DNA of 32,000 nt, from positions 467,857 through 499,856 of the forward strand of contig NZ_CP049740.1 in assembly GCF_011100465.1 (NCBI RefSeq), written 5' to 3'. The position numbers and the translations under genes are program-made. The notes beneath the pieces are model-generated. The model was not told the origin of the DNA. It was given only the letters and a program-made list of their open reading frames with translations, and did not search any database. Source of the DNA: Jeotgalibaca arthritidis. GTDB taxonomy: Bacteria; Bacillota; Bacilli; Lactobacillales; Aerococcaceae. Positions 1 to 9,108 of this stretch are shown in pieces (position 1 is the stretch's first letter; the number at the start of each line of letters is the position of its first letter).

Positions 1-1416
1 CATCTTCCATTGAACATAGAATTTCAAGAACAGACCAAACATTAATTGCATGTAACCAAAGGCTACCGATACAACTAATATTTCTGTAATATCAGTACTT
101 CCAGATAAGAGTTGGAATGATAGCTCATTTCCGAAGAAGTTTCCGTAAATCAATCCCCATAAAACAGTAGCTAACGCTCCTACTTGGAAAAATGATAATG
201 ATTGTCGCATACCTTCTTTAAAATGAAAGAAACGTTTCGCTATGAAAATTGCAAAGAATAACAATAAACCATAACCAAAATCTGCTACCATCATCCCGAA
301 TGCTAGTGCATAGAACGGTGTCATCAATGGTGTTGGATCTAATTCATCATATTGTGGCAGACTATACATTTCTACCAAACTTTCAAACGGCTTAACAAAA
401 GCATTGTTACGTAGCAAAATAGGAACATCCGCTACTTCTTCTTCTTTTACTTCTTGGAATTCAATATAATAATCTTCACCCGCAGCAGATTCTACTTTAT
501 GAATCAGTTGATCGGCATCTTTAGCAGGTACCCATCCAGACACACTCATTGTATACTTCGATTCCAACATATACTGGTTGCTCTTTACTCTAATCAGTAA
601 ACCGTCAAAGTATTCCGCAACTAGTCCTAATTGGGTGTAGTCCTTTTCCATTGTTTTCAATTCTGCTTTAATCGTTTCTTCTTCTTCTACTAATCGCTGT
701 GTTTTCTCTTTTAATCCGAGTAAATCATCAGCTGGTTTCCCATCGAATGGGTAGTAATAGTCTTCAAATCCAACCTTTTTCAAATGGGTTCTTACTTTTG
801 ATTGACTGTCTTTATGAGCAAGAATGAGGACATAAGCTGTGGTGGCAGTATGATGAATTGTTTCCATATAGGTATAAGGAATAATGCCGATTTCTTGTGT
901 CAGGTGAGTGAGTTCGCCACTCGGAATGGTTCCCAGTAAGCCGACTGTTTGATGAAGCTTTTCCAATTTTTTGGGTTCTTCATCAAAGTAACGCCATTCA
1001 TTTAAATCAGCTTCTTGAAGCGCTAATTCACGACGTTCTTGGTCGATAACTCTTAATCGTTTGTCAAAGTATTTTAGTTTTTTACATGTTTCTTCCCAGT
1101 CATAATCATTCATATGTTGGGCAAGTTGCTTAATAGTGTATCGCTCAATAGGCTGACGCAGATTCGCAATCATACCTTTTTTAGGAATATACTGATTTAA
1201 AAAATTTCTAGACCAGTCAAGTTCATTAATATGTGCTTCAATTTCACTTTCTCGCGGATGATTTTTCATACGGTTAAAGAGCGTTGATGTCTCTGTAAAA
1301 AAGTGCTCTGCTGGAAACAATTCAATATTTTGGAAATCTTGTAAATTCTCCATAACCGTTTCATAGTACGTTGAGAAAGTAATGATGTTAAATTTTTGCA
1401 TTTTAAGTATGGCCAT
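1..1416 (-). CDS. ntpI: V-type ATPase subunit I (membrane a-subunit homolog), N-terminal part; the 3' end runs off the window start
   Basis: Not in the ORF track because it is truncated. My translation from the ATG at 1416 gives MAILKMQKFNIITFSTYYETVMENLQDFQNIELF..., open to position 1. It contains LPQYDELDPTPLMTPFYALAFGMMVADFGYG, which matches the conserved subunit I motif (DPT...F..FFGMM..D.GYG). It starts 2 nt after the stop of the preceding stalk-subunit gene, the same ntpF-ntpI order as in Enterococcus hirae. Confidence 0.8.
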   Translation of the reverse strand, partial: MAILKMQKFNIITFSTYYETVMENLQDFQNIELFPAEHFFTETSTLFNRMKNHPRESEIEAHINELDWSRNFLNQYIPKKGMIANLRQPIERYTIKQLAQHMNDYDWEETCKKLKYFDKRLRVIDQERRELALQEADLNEWRYFDEEPKKLEKLHQTVGLLGTIPSGELTHLTQEIGIIPYTYMETIHHTATTAYVLILAHKDSQSKVRTHLKKVGFEDYYYPFDGKPADDLLGLKEKTQRLVEEEETIKAELKTMEKDYTQLGLVAEYFDGLLIRVKSNQYMLESKYTMSVSGWVPAKDADQLIHKVESAAGEDYYIEFQEVKEEEVADVPILLRNNAFVKPFESLVEMYSLPQYDELDPTPLMTPFYALAFGMMVADFGYGLLLFFAIFIAKRFFHFKEGMRQSLSFFQVGALATVLWGLIYGNFFGNELSFQLLSGSTDITEILVVSVAFGYMQLMFGLFLKFYVQWKM

Positions 1417-1418
1417 TT

Positions 1419-1730
1419 TTATCCCACAACCTTATCTACTATGATGCTCAATGCTTTTTCTCGCATTGCCGGAGTAATCGTTTTCAACTCTTCTTCTTTT
1501 TTATTCATTCGCTCTATTAGCGGTGTCTTCAAGCGATTTAGTTCATCGGCATATTTTTGGCGAATTTGTTTTTGTTCGTCTTTTTCTTCTTGCAACAAAT
1601 TCTTTTCAAACAGTTTGATGTCTTGATCGCTTTGTTCTCTTTGCGCCTTCACTTGGTTTTCGGCATCTTGAATTATCTTAGCTGCCTGTTCCTCTGCAGC
1701 TGCTAATTGTTGAATCGCATTTACACTCAT
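1419..1730 (-). CDS. ntpF: V-type ATPase peripheral stalk subunit (NtpF/G-like), 103 aa, charged coiled coil
   Basis: Small protein rich in E, K and Q (AAAEEQAAKIIQDAENQVKAQREQ...), typical of V/A-ATPase stalk subunits. It lies immediately upstream of subunit I and is translationally coupled to it. Confidence 0.55.
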   Translation of the reverse strand: MSVNAIQQLAAAEEQAAKIIQDAENQVKAQREQSDQDIKLFEKNLLQEEKDEQKQIRQKYADELNRLKTPLIERMNKKEEELKTITPAMREKALSIIVDKVVG

Positions 1731-1832
1731 CTCTATCCCTCACTCTCATTACATGTCATCTTACTTGTCCTTGATTTTTCTTAAAACTGATCATCTCTAG
1801 CAGGATATTTACGGACAAATAACCTATATTAA

Positions 1833-1861
1833 ATCATAACGGAGACTTTTTCTATCGTCAA
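1833..1861 (-). promoter_or_regulatory. Putative sigma-A promoter of the ntp operon (TTGACG-17 nt-TATGAT)
   Basis: On the minus strand, -35 TTGACG is at 1861-1856 and -10 TATGAT at 1838-1833, with a 17-nt spacer. It sits about 100 nt upstream of the ntpF start. Confidence 0.45.
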
Positions 1862-1970
1862 TGCAGAATATTAATCTTTAATCTTTTTTTAAAAACTAGT
1901 TTAGAATTGACTATCAAAATCAAGCTACCTATTAACAGTTTAGCGTAAATAGAGACTGATGAACAGAAAG

Positions 1971-2016
1971 AAAGGCAAGTTGTTGATTATTTTCAATTAA
2001 TCAACAACTTACCTTT
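1971..2016 (-). terminator. Rho-independent terminator after the AI-2E transporter gene (hairpin usable in both directions)
   Basis: Near-perfect long inverted repeat AAGGCAAGTTGTTGATTA...TAATCAACAACTTACCTT with T/A runs on both sides, directly downstream of the stop at 2023. Confidence 0.7.
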
Positions 2017-2022
2017 ATTTTT

Positions 2023-3156
2023 TTATGAAGACACGGTCTCTTTTTCTGCTAATTTCTTTTGTGTGATAATCGTAATAATTTGATAGACCGTTGCCAAAAC
2101 TGGAACGCCAAGTAACATACCGGCAATACCACCAACTCCACCACCGACTGTGACGGCCACCAATACCCAAATACCTGGAATTCCAATACTCGTTCCCACC
2201 ACTTTTGGATAGATTAAGTTATTTTCCAGTTGTTGGAGAATGACAATAAAAATCAAAAACGCCCACGCTTGTGTAAAGCTTTGAGACGCAATTAACACAA
2301 AGCCTACTGCCGCCCCAATCCAAGCTCCAAACATTGGAACTAGCGCTGTAAAACCAATAAAGGTTCCAACCGTTACAGCATATGGAAACCTAAAAATCGC
2401 CATCCCAATAATGCACAAACTGCCAAGAATAACAGCCTCAGTTACCTGTCCGACAAAGAAATTTGAAAAAGTTTGATTCGTAATTTGAATCAAAAAGCTC
2501 AAATGACTATACACACGCTTCGGAAGAAAAGCAACACCTAATAATCTGGTTTGTTCTTTCAATCGTTCTTTTGTAGCCAGTACATACATAGCGAATGAAA
2601 AGGCAATAACAAACGTAAACAAGCCACTAGTTGCGCCACCAATTAAATAGATGGATGATGCCAATAGTTGGTTGACACTATTCGATACAAAATCAATAGC
2701 CTGCCGCGCCAAGTCATTAAAATCAGCCAACAAGTTATCCCCAACAAATTTTTCTAATAGTTCCGTATCACTTTCCATAATAAAGTTCTGGATTTGCGTC
2801 ACTAAAACAGGTATCCCACTGACAAGGCGAGATATAATAGTCGCAATCTGTGGCACGATTAAATTAATAATTAAATACAAGACAGCCACTACTATTATAA
2901 TAGAAGAAAGTATACTAGCTCCACGCGTTAGTCCTGCCTGCTTTTCTTTCAACTTCTTCAAAACAGAACGCTCTAAACGAACGACAATAATGTTTAGAAG
3001 ATAGGCAATCAATGCCCCTATAAACAATGGCGCCGTCACATCCATTAGTAACCGAAAAATAGCGATAAAATAATCAAAGTATCGGTATAACAGCAATAAA
3101 AAGAAAATGACAAATAAGTACGATAACACCCTAATATCTAATTTTTTCATGTTCAT
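2023..3156 (-). CDS. AI-2E family (PerM/YhhT-like) membrane transporter
   Basis: Polytopic membrane protein of about 377 aa with a glycine-rich C-terminal TM region (GIPGIWVLVAVTVGGGVGGIAGMLLGVP) typical of the AI-2E family. The track start at 3177 was replaced by the ATG at 3156 (MNMKKL...), which follows a G-rich SD-like sequence. The start remains uncertain. Confidence 0.7.
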   Translation of the reverse strand: MNMKKLDIRVLSYLFVIFFLLLLYRYFDYFIAIFRLLMDVTAPLFIGALIAYLLNIIVVRLERSVLKKLKEKQAGLTRGASILSSIIIVVAVLYLIINLIVPQIATIISRLVSGIPVLVTQIQNFIMESDTELLEKFVGDNLLADFNDLARQAIDFVSNSVNQLLASSIYLIGGATSGLFTFVIAFSFAMYVLATKERLKEQTRLLGVAFLPKRVYSHLSFLIQITNQTFSNFFVGQVTEAVILGSLCIIGMAIFRFPYAVTVGTFIGFTALVPMFGAWIGAAVGFVLIASQSFTQAWAFLIFIVILQQLENNLIYPKVVGTSIGIPGIWVLVAVTVGGGVGGIAGMLLGVPVLATVYQIITIITQKKLAEKETVSS

Positions 3157-3291
3157 TTCTCTACCCCATATCTGCAAATCATAATAAGCAAAGTATACCT
3201 TTTATCCCCATTGAAAAGCTAGTAGTTTACGACCTTTAATTCTCTTCCTTACCGACTTATGATAAAATAATAGTAGAAAAGAGGGACGACT

Positions 3292-4590
3292 ATGGAATTT
3301 AATCAGCATTATACGCAGAAACAAACTCAAAAACAGCAATTTATCCCTAATTTAGTACAAGGCATGGAAATGCTCCAACTTAATCGGATGGAACTGGACA
3401 CTTATTTAAACCGCGTGATGTTGGGCAATCCTTTTATTGACATGAACTTGGCTGACCCCTTAAAGATTTCAAGTAAAAAATTATCTCATAATGACCTCTC
3501 TCATATCATTGAGCAGACCTCCGTTTACGAAGCCTCTCTCCATGACTTTTTACATGAGCAAATTTATTTACTCTATCGTGATACCCCATTACGTCAGCTA
3601 ATGTTTTGGTGGGTAGATCAACTCGATGAACGTGGCTATGTGACAAAAAACTTAGATGAAGCGAAGGCAGAAACGAACGCTAGTCAGATTGAGCTCTTAG
3701 ACAGCTTAACCCTTTTACAGCAATTGGATCCGGCTGGCATCGGCGCACGATCGATACAAGAGTGTTTAATGATTCAAACTGAGCGTATGGATTTTGCGCC
3801 TGAAATAGCTTACTTAGTTTTAGAAGAGCACTACGATGAGCTTATTCAGAAAAAATGGTCAGTTATCGCAGAGGACTATGGTGTTTCCCTTTCAGATATT
3901 GAGGATGTTTACAGCTTTATCCAACGATTATCGCTATCGCCTGCAGAACACTATGAGTCACGCTCAAAGGCAACGCCTTATATCATACCTGAACTGATGG
4001 TAGACCTCAATGATGGCCAGCTTGTCGTAGCAGAAACGCGTTATAAAACGCCACTACTGACACTAAATGTGGCCTATTTAGATGAGATGAAAGCAGTCGA
4101 TGACAAAGAAGTTCAGACTTATGTACGAACTAAAAAGCAAGAGTTCGACCAACTTCAAGCCAGTCTCATGAAACGAAAAGACACTATTTTAAAAGTCGGC
4201 ACTGCCATTTTGATGCACCAACAGGATTTCTTTCTTGATCCTAATAATCATTTAAAGCCCTTGCAGTTAAATGATTTAGCGCAATTATGTCAACTGAGTG
4301 AATCGACCATTAGTCGAACAGTCAGAGACACCTTTGTCCAAACGCCTCGAGGTGTGTTTGAGCTGAGGTCCTTCCTTTCACGTCGTATGGAAGGCTTTAA
4401 TCAATCAAAGGATGAAGTGATGGAGCATGTGAAACAGCTAATTGCTGACGAAGACAAGCACAAGCCCCTATCCGATCAAAAACTGGAACACCTTTTAAAA
4501 GAAAAAGGCATGACAGTATCGCGTAGAGCAATTGCTAACTACCGAAAACAACTCCAAATTCCGTCATCAACCGATCGGAAAATTAAATAA
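3292..4590 (+). CDS. rpoN: RNA polymerase sigma-54 factor
   Basis: 432 aa. The Q-rich N-terminal region I reads QKQTQKQQFIPNLVQGMEMLQL. There is a C-terminal HTH, and the RpoN box reads SRRAIANYRKQL (consensus ARRTVAKYR). SD GAGGGA lies upstream of the ATG. Confidence 0.92.
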   Translation: MEFNQHYTQKQTQKQQFIPNLVQGMEMLQLNRMELDTYLNRVMLGNPFIDMNLADPLKISSKKLSHNDLSHIIEQTSVYEASLHDFLHEQIYLLYRDTPLRQLMFWWVDQLDERGYVTKNLDEAKAETNASQIELLDSLTLLQQLDPAGIGARSIQECLMIQTERMDFAPEIAYLVLEEHYDELIQKKWSVIAEDYGVSLSDIEDVYSFIQRLSLSPAEHYESRSKATPYIIPELMVDLNDGQLVVAETRYKTPLLTLNVAYLDEMKAVDDKEVQTYVRTKKQEFDQLQASLMKRKDTILKVGTAILMHQQDFFLDPNNHLKPLQLNDLAQLCQLSESTISRTVRDTFVQTPRGVFELRSFLSRRMEGFNQSKDEVMEHVKQLIADEDKHKPLSDQKLEHLLKEKGMTVSRRAIANYRKQLQIPSSTDRKIK

Positions 4591-4661
4591 CACGTGTTAC
4601 AGAAAACAAAGAAGTATAGATACTGATTAGCGAAATCGCTAGTGAAAAGGTGGACATTATT

Positions 4662-5522
4662 TTGAAAAAGGTTGCATTTATTACAGACAGCGGAAGTGGA
4701 AAAAGTATTGCAGAAATCGAAGCACTAGGTTGCTACAGCGTGCCGCTACAGCTGATGGCAGACAAGGATAGCTATAAGGAATTTGAAACCATCTCCTATG
4801 ACAAGGTTTATGAAATCCTGGGAGAAAATAAAGTCATGACGACTTCCTTGCCAGCAATCGCAGATATTGAGCAACTATTCAGCCAGCTCAAAGAAAAAGG
4901 ATACACTGATATTTTTGCTGTTCCTATTTGCAGTGGCTTAAGTGGAACAATCAACGCCATGTATACAGCTGCCAATAGTCTAGAATTAGGCTTTGACTAT
5001 GTCGACTCTGGTACAACAGCGGTTATCCAGCTTTATCTTTTAAAATTAGCAAAATCCTTACACGAAAAAGGTATTGATTTCCCTCAAATCAAAGAAAAAT
5101 TGATGGAAGTCGTTGATCATGCCAATACCGTTTTAATTCCCGATGATTTAATGCATCTGGCTAGAGGCGGTCGTTTATCATCAACCAGTGCTGTCATCGG
5201 TAATTTGATTAAAATCAAACCTGTTTTGGAAGTAAACTTAAAAACAAAAGGACGCATTGAAGTCTTACAAAAACTTCGTACCTTCAAACGTGCCTTCCAA
5301 TATGTGATTGATGAAATGGCTGAGGAAATAAAAGATGCTTCCGACCACTATCATATTGTTGTTGCCCATGTGGATGCTGTTGAAAAGGGTCAAGATGTTC
5401 TCGCAACCTTAAAGGCTAAATTCCCTCAAGCAACTACCGAGTTCATTGACCTCGTGCCAACCGTAAGTTGCCATACTGGATTAGGCTGTATCGCACTTCA
5501 ATACTTTAAAAAAGTAGATTAA
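4662..5522 (+). CDS. DegV family fatty-acid-binding protein
   Basis: The N-terminus VAFITDSGSG and overall length are typical of DegV/EDD-fold proteins. I prefer the TTG at 4662 (MKKVAFITD), which lies 8 nt after AAAGGTGGA, over the track GTG at 4650. Confidence 0.8.
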   Translation: MKKVAFITDSGSGKSIAEIEALGCYSVPLQLMADKDSYKEFETISYDKVYEILGENKVMTTSLPAIADIEQLFSQLKEKGYTDIFAVPICSGLSGTINAMYTAANSLELGFDYVDSGTTAVIQLYLLKLAKSLHEKGIDFPQIKEKLMEVVDHANTVLIPDDLMHLARGGRLSSTSAVIGNLIKIKPVLEVNLKTKGRIEVLQKLRTFKRAFQYVIDEMAEEIKDASDHYHIVVAHVDAVEKGQDVLATLKAKFPQATTEFIDLVPTVSCHTGLGCIALQYFKKVD

Positions 5523-5525
5523 TCG

Positions 5526-5556
5526 AAAAACACGCGCTCACGAGCGCGTGTTTTTG
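5526..5556 (+). terminator. Rho-independent terminator of the rpoN-degV unit
   Basis: GC-rich stem CACGCGCT/AGCGCGTG (5531-5538 and 5543-5550) with a 4-nt loop, followed by TTTTTGTTT. Confidence 0.9.
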
Positions 5557-5611
5557 TTTGATTAGGTCGTCATTTCTACTAAAAATCTGAACTTCCTCCA
5601 ACTCAGATCCA

Positions 5612-5666
5612 CCACAAAAAAAAACAGGTATTTACTTTTGAACGTTCTCAAAAGTAAACACCTGTT
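5612..5666 (-). terminator. Rho-independent terminator of the mannose-PTS operon
   Basis: 19-bp stem (AACAGGTATTTACTTTTGA / TCAAAAGTAAACACCTGTT, one mismatch) with a 6-nt loop. On the minus strand a T9 run follows. Confidence 0.9.
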
Positions 5667-5671
5667 ACTAA

Positions 5672-6613
5672 TTATTTTCCAAAAATACCTAAAACGTAAC
5701 CGATGATACCTACAACGAAGATACCAAAGATAATTGTAATTGGGCTAACTTTCTTACGAAGCAACCACACACATAGTAGTGTTAAACCTAGTGGTGCGAT
5801 ACCTGGTAATAATGAATCTAATGTGTTTTGTAGTGTTGTCACTTGTTGAGGCTCAATACTCAAACCTGCTTGAATTTCACCAACAACATTACGTAACATA
5901 TCGCCAGAAAGAACACCTTCGTTGGCAGCTTCTGCAACTGCTGCGAAGTTAACCATGTCTTTTTCATCAACGTCAACTCTACTTAAAATCATTGGGAAGT
6001 TCATGTTTGTCCAACGAGGTACTAATACCCCCATAATGAACATACCAAGTACAGATGCACCTTGTGTTAGTTTTTGCATTAATCCACCAGCAAGGTTTTG
6101 TGCGATGTTACCACCTTGTACATAACCAAACTCTTGTGAATACCATAGGAATGCCATACGAATAATATTCCATGCTAGGAAGAAGATGATTGGTCCCATC
6201 CAGTTTTCACTTAAAGCAAGTGATGCTGCAAAGGCACCTAATACCGGACGTAGCGTACCCCAGAAAATTGGGTCACCCACACCAGCCAAAGGTCCCATCA
6301 TCCCAATTTTAACCCCTTGAATAGCGGCGTTATCGATTTCACGACCTGCTGCTTTTTCTTCTTCAAGTGTTAGTGTTACCCCTAAAACTGGCGACGCTAA
6401 ATAAGGATGTGTGTTAAAGAATTCCAAGTGACGTTTTAAAGCTTGGGCACGGTCTTCCTTAGTTGTGTATAATTTTTTCAAGGCTGGAATCATTGCATAA
6501 GCCCAACCTACGTTTTGCATACGCTCAAAGTTCCATGATGCTTGTAGGAACTGACTTCTCCAAAAGACTTTTAATCGATCTTTTTTAGTTAATTTGTAGT
6601 TATTTTCAGTCAT
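5672..6613 (-). CDS. manZ: PTS mannose/fructose/sorbose family EIID component
   Basis: 313 aa. The N-terminus KLTKKDRLKVFWRSQFLQASWNFERMQNVGWAYAMIP is the canonical IID signature. It is the last gene of the IIB-IIAB-IIC-IID operon. Confidence 0.92.
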   Translation of the reverse strand: MTENNYKLTKKDRLKVFWRSQFLQASWNFERMQNVGWAYAMIPALKKLYTTKEDRAQALKRHLEFFNTHPYLASPVLGVTLTLEEEKAAGREIDNAAIQGVKIGMMGPLAGVGDPIFWGTLRPVLGAFAASLALSENWMGPIIFFLAWNIIRMAFLWYSQEFGYVQGGNIAQNLAGGLMQKLTQGASVLGMFIMGVLVPRWTNMNFPMILSRVDVDEKDMVNFAAVAEAANEGVLSGDMLRNVVGEIQAGLSIEPQQVTTLQNTLDSLLPGIAPLGLTLLCVWLLRKKVSPITIIFGIFVVGIIGYVLGIFGK

Positions 6614-6629
6614 TATTCATCGCTCCTTC

Positions 6630-7427
6630 TTAGTAATCGTTTAAGATGTCATCTATTGGGTCGCCGCTTCCTGAGTTTGAAGAGCCACCGCTAGATTGGT
6701 TGAATTCTGGTGAGAATTGTAGGTAAAGTAACGCTAAAACAACACCGATAATCCCCATTGCAATTAAGTTCAAATCGCCGACTGCTGAAATTGCGAATCC
6801 TAATGCAAAGAATATCCACAATTTTGGTGTTGCCATCATGTTGATAACCATTGCATAACCAACTGCAACGATAAAGCCACCCGCTACAGCTAAACCACCA
6901 GTCAACCAGCCAGGAATACTATTCAAAGCGTTTGTTACTAATTCAGCTGGTACAGCTAAAACGATTGCTGCTGGAATTGCAATACGCAACCCTTGTAGCA
7001 TTAAGGCACCGATGTGGAATAATTCAACGCCACGGAATGAGCCTTCTTCTGCTTTTTTGTCAGCACCGTGAGCCATTGCTACGGTTACTGTACGAACAAA
7101 CATCGTCAATACTTGACCTGCTACTGCCAATGGAATCGCTAGTGCAATCCCTTCTGAAATACCTGCTCCGTGAACTGTTACTAAAATAGCTGATGCAATT
7201 GATGCTAGAGCTGCATCCGGTGCAACCGCTGCACCAATGTTCATCCAACCCAATGCGATTAATTGAAGTGTTCCTCCTAGAAGTAATCCTTCTAGCGGTT
7301 TACCTGTTACAATACCGATTAATGATGCCGCGATAATTGGTTGGTGAAGTTGGAATTCATCCAAAATCCCTTCCATTCCTGCGAAAAATGCTACGACTAA
7401 AATTAAAATAACCATAATAATATCCAT
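6630..7427 (-). CDS. manY: PTS mannose family EIIC component
   Basis: 265-aa polytopic membrane protein located between IIAB and IID, with family-typical sequence (GMEGILDEFQLHQPIIA...). Confidence 0.9.
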   Translation of the reverse strand: MDIIMVILILVVAFFAGMEGILDEFQLHQPIIAASLIGIVTGKPLEGLLLGGTLQLIALGWMNIGAAVAPDAALASIASAILVTVHGAGISEGIALAIPLAVAGQVLTMFVRTVTVAMAHGADKKAEEGSFRGVELFHIGALMLQGLRIAIPAAIVLAVPAELVTNALNSIPGWLTGGLAVAGGFIVAVGYAMVINMMATPKLWIFFALGFAISAVGDLNLIAMGIIGVVLALLYLQFSPEFNQSSGGSSNSGSGDPIDDILNDY

Positions 7428-7452
7428 TTATTAACCCCTCCTTGTTTCTCTA

Positions 7453-8424
7453 TTACTTATCAAAATTTGCTTTTTTCAATAGATCCCAAAGATTTCTTCT
7501 TTGGTCTGACGGCACTTTACGAACATCAAATTTCAATCCTTTGTCGCGTAAAGCTGTTAAGGCATCCACATCTTTTTTATCAACTGATAAAACGTTGCTA
7601 ACCATAATCTTGCCTTCAGAGTGAGCCATCGAACCGATATTAATTTCTTCCAGTCCAACGCCACCTTCAACAACACGTAACACGTCTGTTGGGTTTTCGA
7701 ATAACAGTAACGCACGTGTTTTACCAAAGCGTGGATCATTCCAAATATCAATCATTTTTTGAATTGGAATAACGTTTGCTTTTACGCCTGGAGGTGCTGC
7801 TTGTGTAATCAATGATTTACGTAAATCATCCTTAGCAACTTCATCTGATACAACAATAATACGTGTTGGCTTAATATCTTTAGACCATGCTGTTGCCACT
7901 TGACCGTGAAGGAGACGTGAATCAACACGTGCTAAACCGATATCAATTTTTCCACTACCAACAACAGTTCCTTCTGGTAAAGCTTGTTGGGGTTCTGCTG
8001 TTGCAGCTGCTGCTTTAGGTTCTTGATAAAGTTCTTCTGGTTTTACTTTAATGTTTTCTTTAGCAACTTGAACAATTGCTTTGGCAATATCATGTGATTT
8101 TTCCATTGTGAAACGAGATGTAATTGCTTCAATTAACATCGGTAAGTTAAGCCCTGCGACGATTGCCCATTGATCTTTGTTTTGATCAAATAGTGTATTC
8201 GCTTGATTAAAGGGTGTTCCTCCCCATAAATCTGCTAATACTAATACCTCACTTGTTTCGAAGCTTTCCGCAGCTTCTTCAATTTTACGACGAATGTCAT
8301 CTGGGCCTTCGCTCGGCTGTAATGTTACAGCAGCAATATTATCTTGCTCCCCGATAATCATCGTAGCAGATTGAAGAATTCCAGCGGCAAAGTCGCCATG
8401 GCTTGCTAAAATAATTCCAACCAT
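7453..8424 (-). CDS. manX: PTS mannose family EIIAB component (fused IIA-linker-IIB)
   Basis: The N-terminal IIA domain reads MVGIILASHGDFAAG (phosphorylatable His in SHG). An Ala/Pro-rich linker (EPKAAAATAEPQQALPEG) follows. The IIB domain reads RVDSRLLHGQVAT. A strong SD AGGAGGG lies 7 nt upstream. Confidence 0.92.
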   Translation of the reverse strand: MVGIILASHGDFAAGILQSATMIIGEQDNIAAVTLQPSEGPDDIRRKIEEAAESFETSEVLVLADLWGGTPFNQANTLFDQNKDQWAIVAGLNLPMLIEAITSRFTMEKSHDIAKAIVQVAKENIKVKPEELYQEPKAAAATAEPQQALPEGTVVGSGKIDIGLARVDSRLLHGQVATAWSKDIKPTRIIVVSDEVAKDDLRKSLITQAAPPGVKANVIPIQKMIDIWNDPRFGKTRALLLFENPTDVLRVVEGGVGLEEINIGSMAHSEGKIMVSNVLSVDKKDVDALTALRDKGLKFDVRKVPSDQRRNLWDLLKKANFDK

Positions 8425-8436
8425 CCATTTTCCCTC

Positions 8437-8928
8437 CTATAAATAGTTTCCTTTTTTTAATACATCCATCAACAATTGCTTGCGATCACTCGGCACCTTG
8501 CGGATTTCCAATTCAATGTCTTGTTTATCCAAGGTTTTAAAAGCATCAATGTCTGTTTGATCCACTGAAATAAAATGAGTGACCATTTGTTTTCCATCCG
8601 TAAATTTCATCCCGCCGATATTAACAGTATTAAAATAAACCCCATTCTTATAGGCTGTTACCACATCAGAAGGATTGGTGAATAGGAGCATGACTTTAAC
8701 ATTCATAAATATCGGGTGAAAATAGACTTCAATCAATTTGTCCAATGTGACCACATTTGCTTTAACATCTGGCGGTGCTGCTTGACTTAACAATGCCTTT
8801 TGGATTGGATTAGCGGCTACTTCATCACTAACAACGATGATGCGACTAATGCGCGTGTCTTTTGCCCATGTGATAGCAACTTGTCCATGAATCAGTCGAT
8901 CGTCTATCCTTAGTAATTTAATATCCAT
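8437..8928 (-). CDS. Stand-alone PTS mannose family EIIB component, first gene of the operon
   Basis: 163 aa, MDIKLLRIDDRLIHGQVAITWAK. By eye it is roughly 45 percent identical to the IIB half of the downstream IIAB protein. The arrangement resembles the Enterococcus-type mpt operon, which also has an extra IIB gene. Confidence 0.88.
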   Translation of the reverse strand: MDIKLLRIDDRLIHGQVAITWAKDTRISRIIVVSDEVAANPIQKALLSQAAPPDVKANVVTLDKLIEVYFHPIFMNVKVMLLFTNPSDVVTAYKNGVYFNTVNIGGMKFTDGKQMVTHFISVDQTDIDAFKTLDKQDIELEIRKVPSDRKQLLMDVLKKGNYL

Positions 8929-8994
8929 ACTAGTCTTAAAAAAAAGTCTCCTTTCTATTTTTTGGGCTTATTGTATGCCCTTCACTAATCTATA

Positions 8995-9010
8995 TGCAAA
9001 AAGCGTGCCA
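8995..9010 (-). promoter_or_regulatory. Sigma-54 (-24/-12) promoter of the mannose-PTS operon
   Basis: The minus strand reads TGGCAC GCTTT TTGCA TATA (TGGCAC at 9010-9005, TTGCA at 8999-8995). This matches the consensus TGGCAC-N5-TTGCW exactly and lies about 65 nt upstream of the IIB start codon. Confidence 0.9.
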
Positions 9011-9050
9011 ACTTCTGTAAATTGAAAGTGTGTTAAATCAAGCTTTTCGA

Positions 9051-9101
9051 TAATACACAAAAAGATACACTAGTTACGCAACATAATTAGTGTATCTTTT
9101 T
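9051..9101 (-). terminator. Terminator hairpin after the activator gene; possibly also its upstream activating sequence
   Basis: Inverted repeat GATACACTA (9064-9072) / TAGTGTATC (9088-9096) with a 15-nt loop. On the minus strand it is followed by TTTTTGTGT. It lies 8 nt after the activator stop codon and is centred about 95 nt upstream of the predicted sigma-54 start site. Confidence 0.6.
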
Positions 9102-9108
9102 GTGTTTT

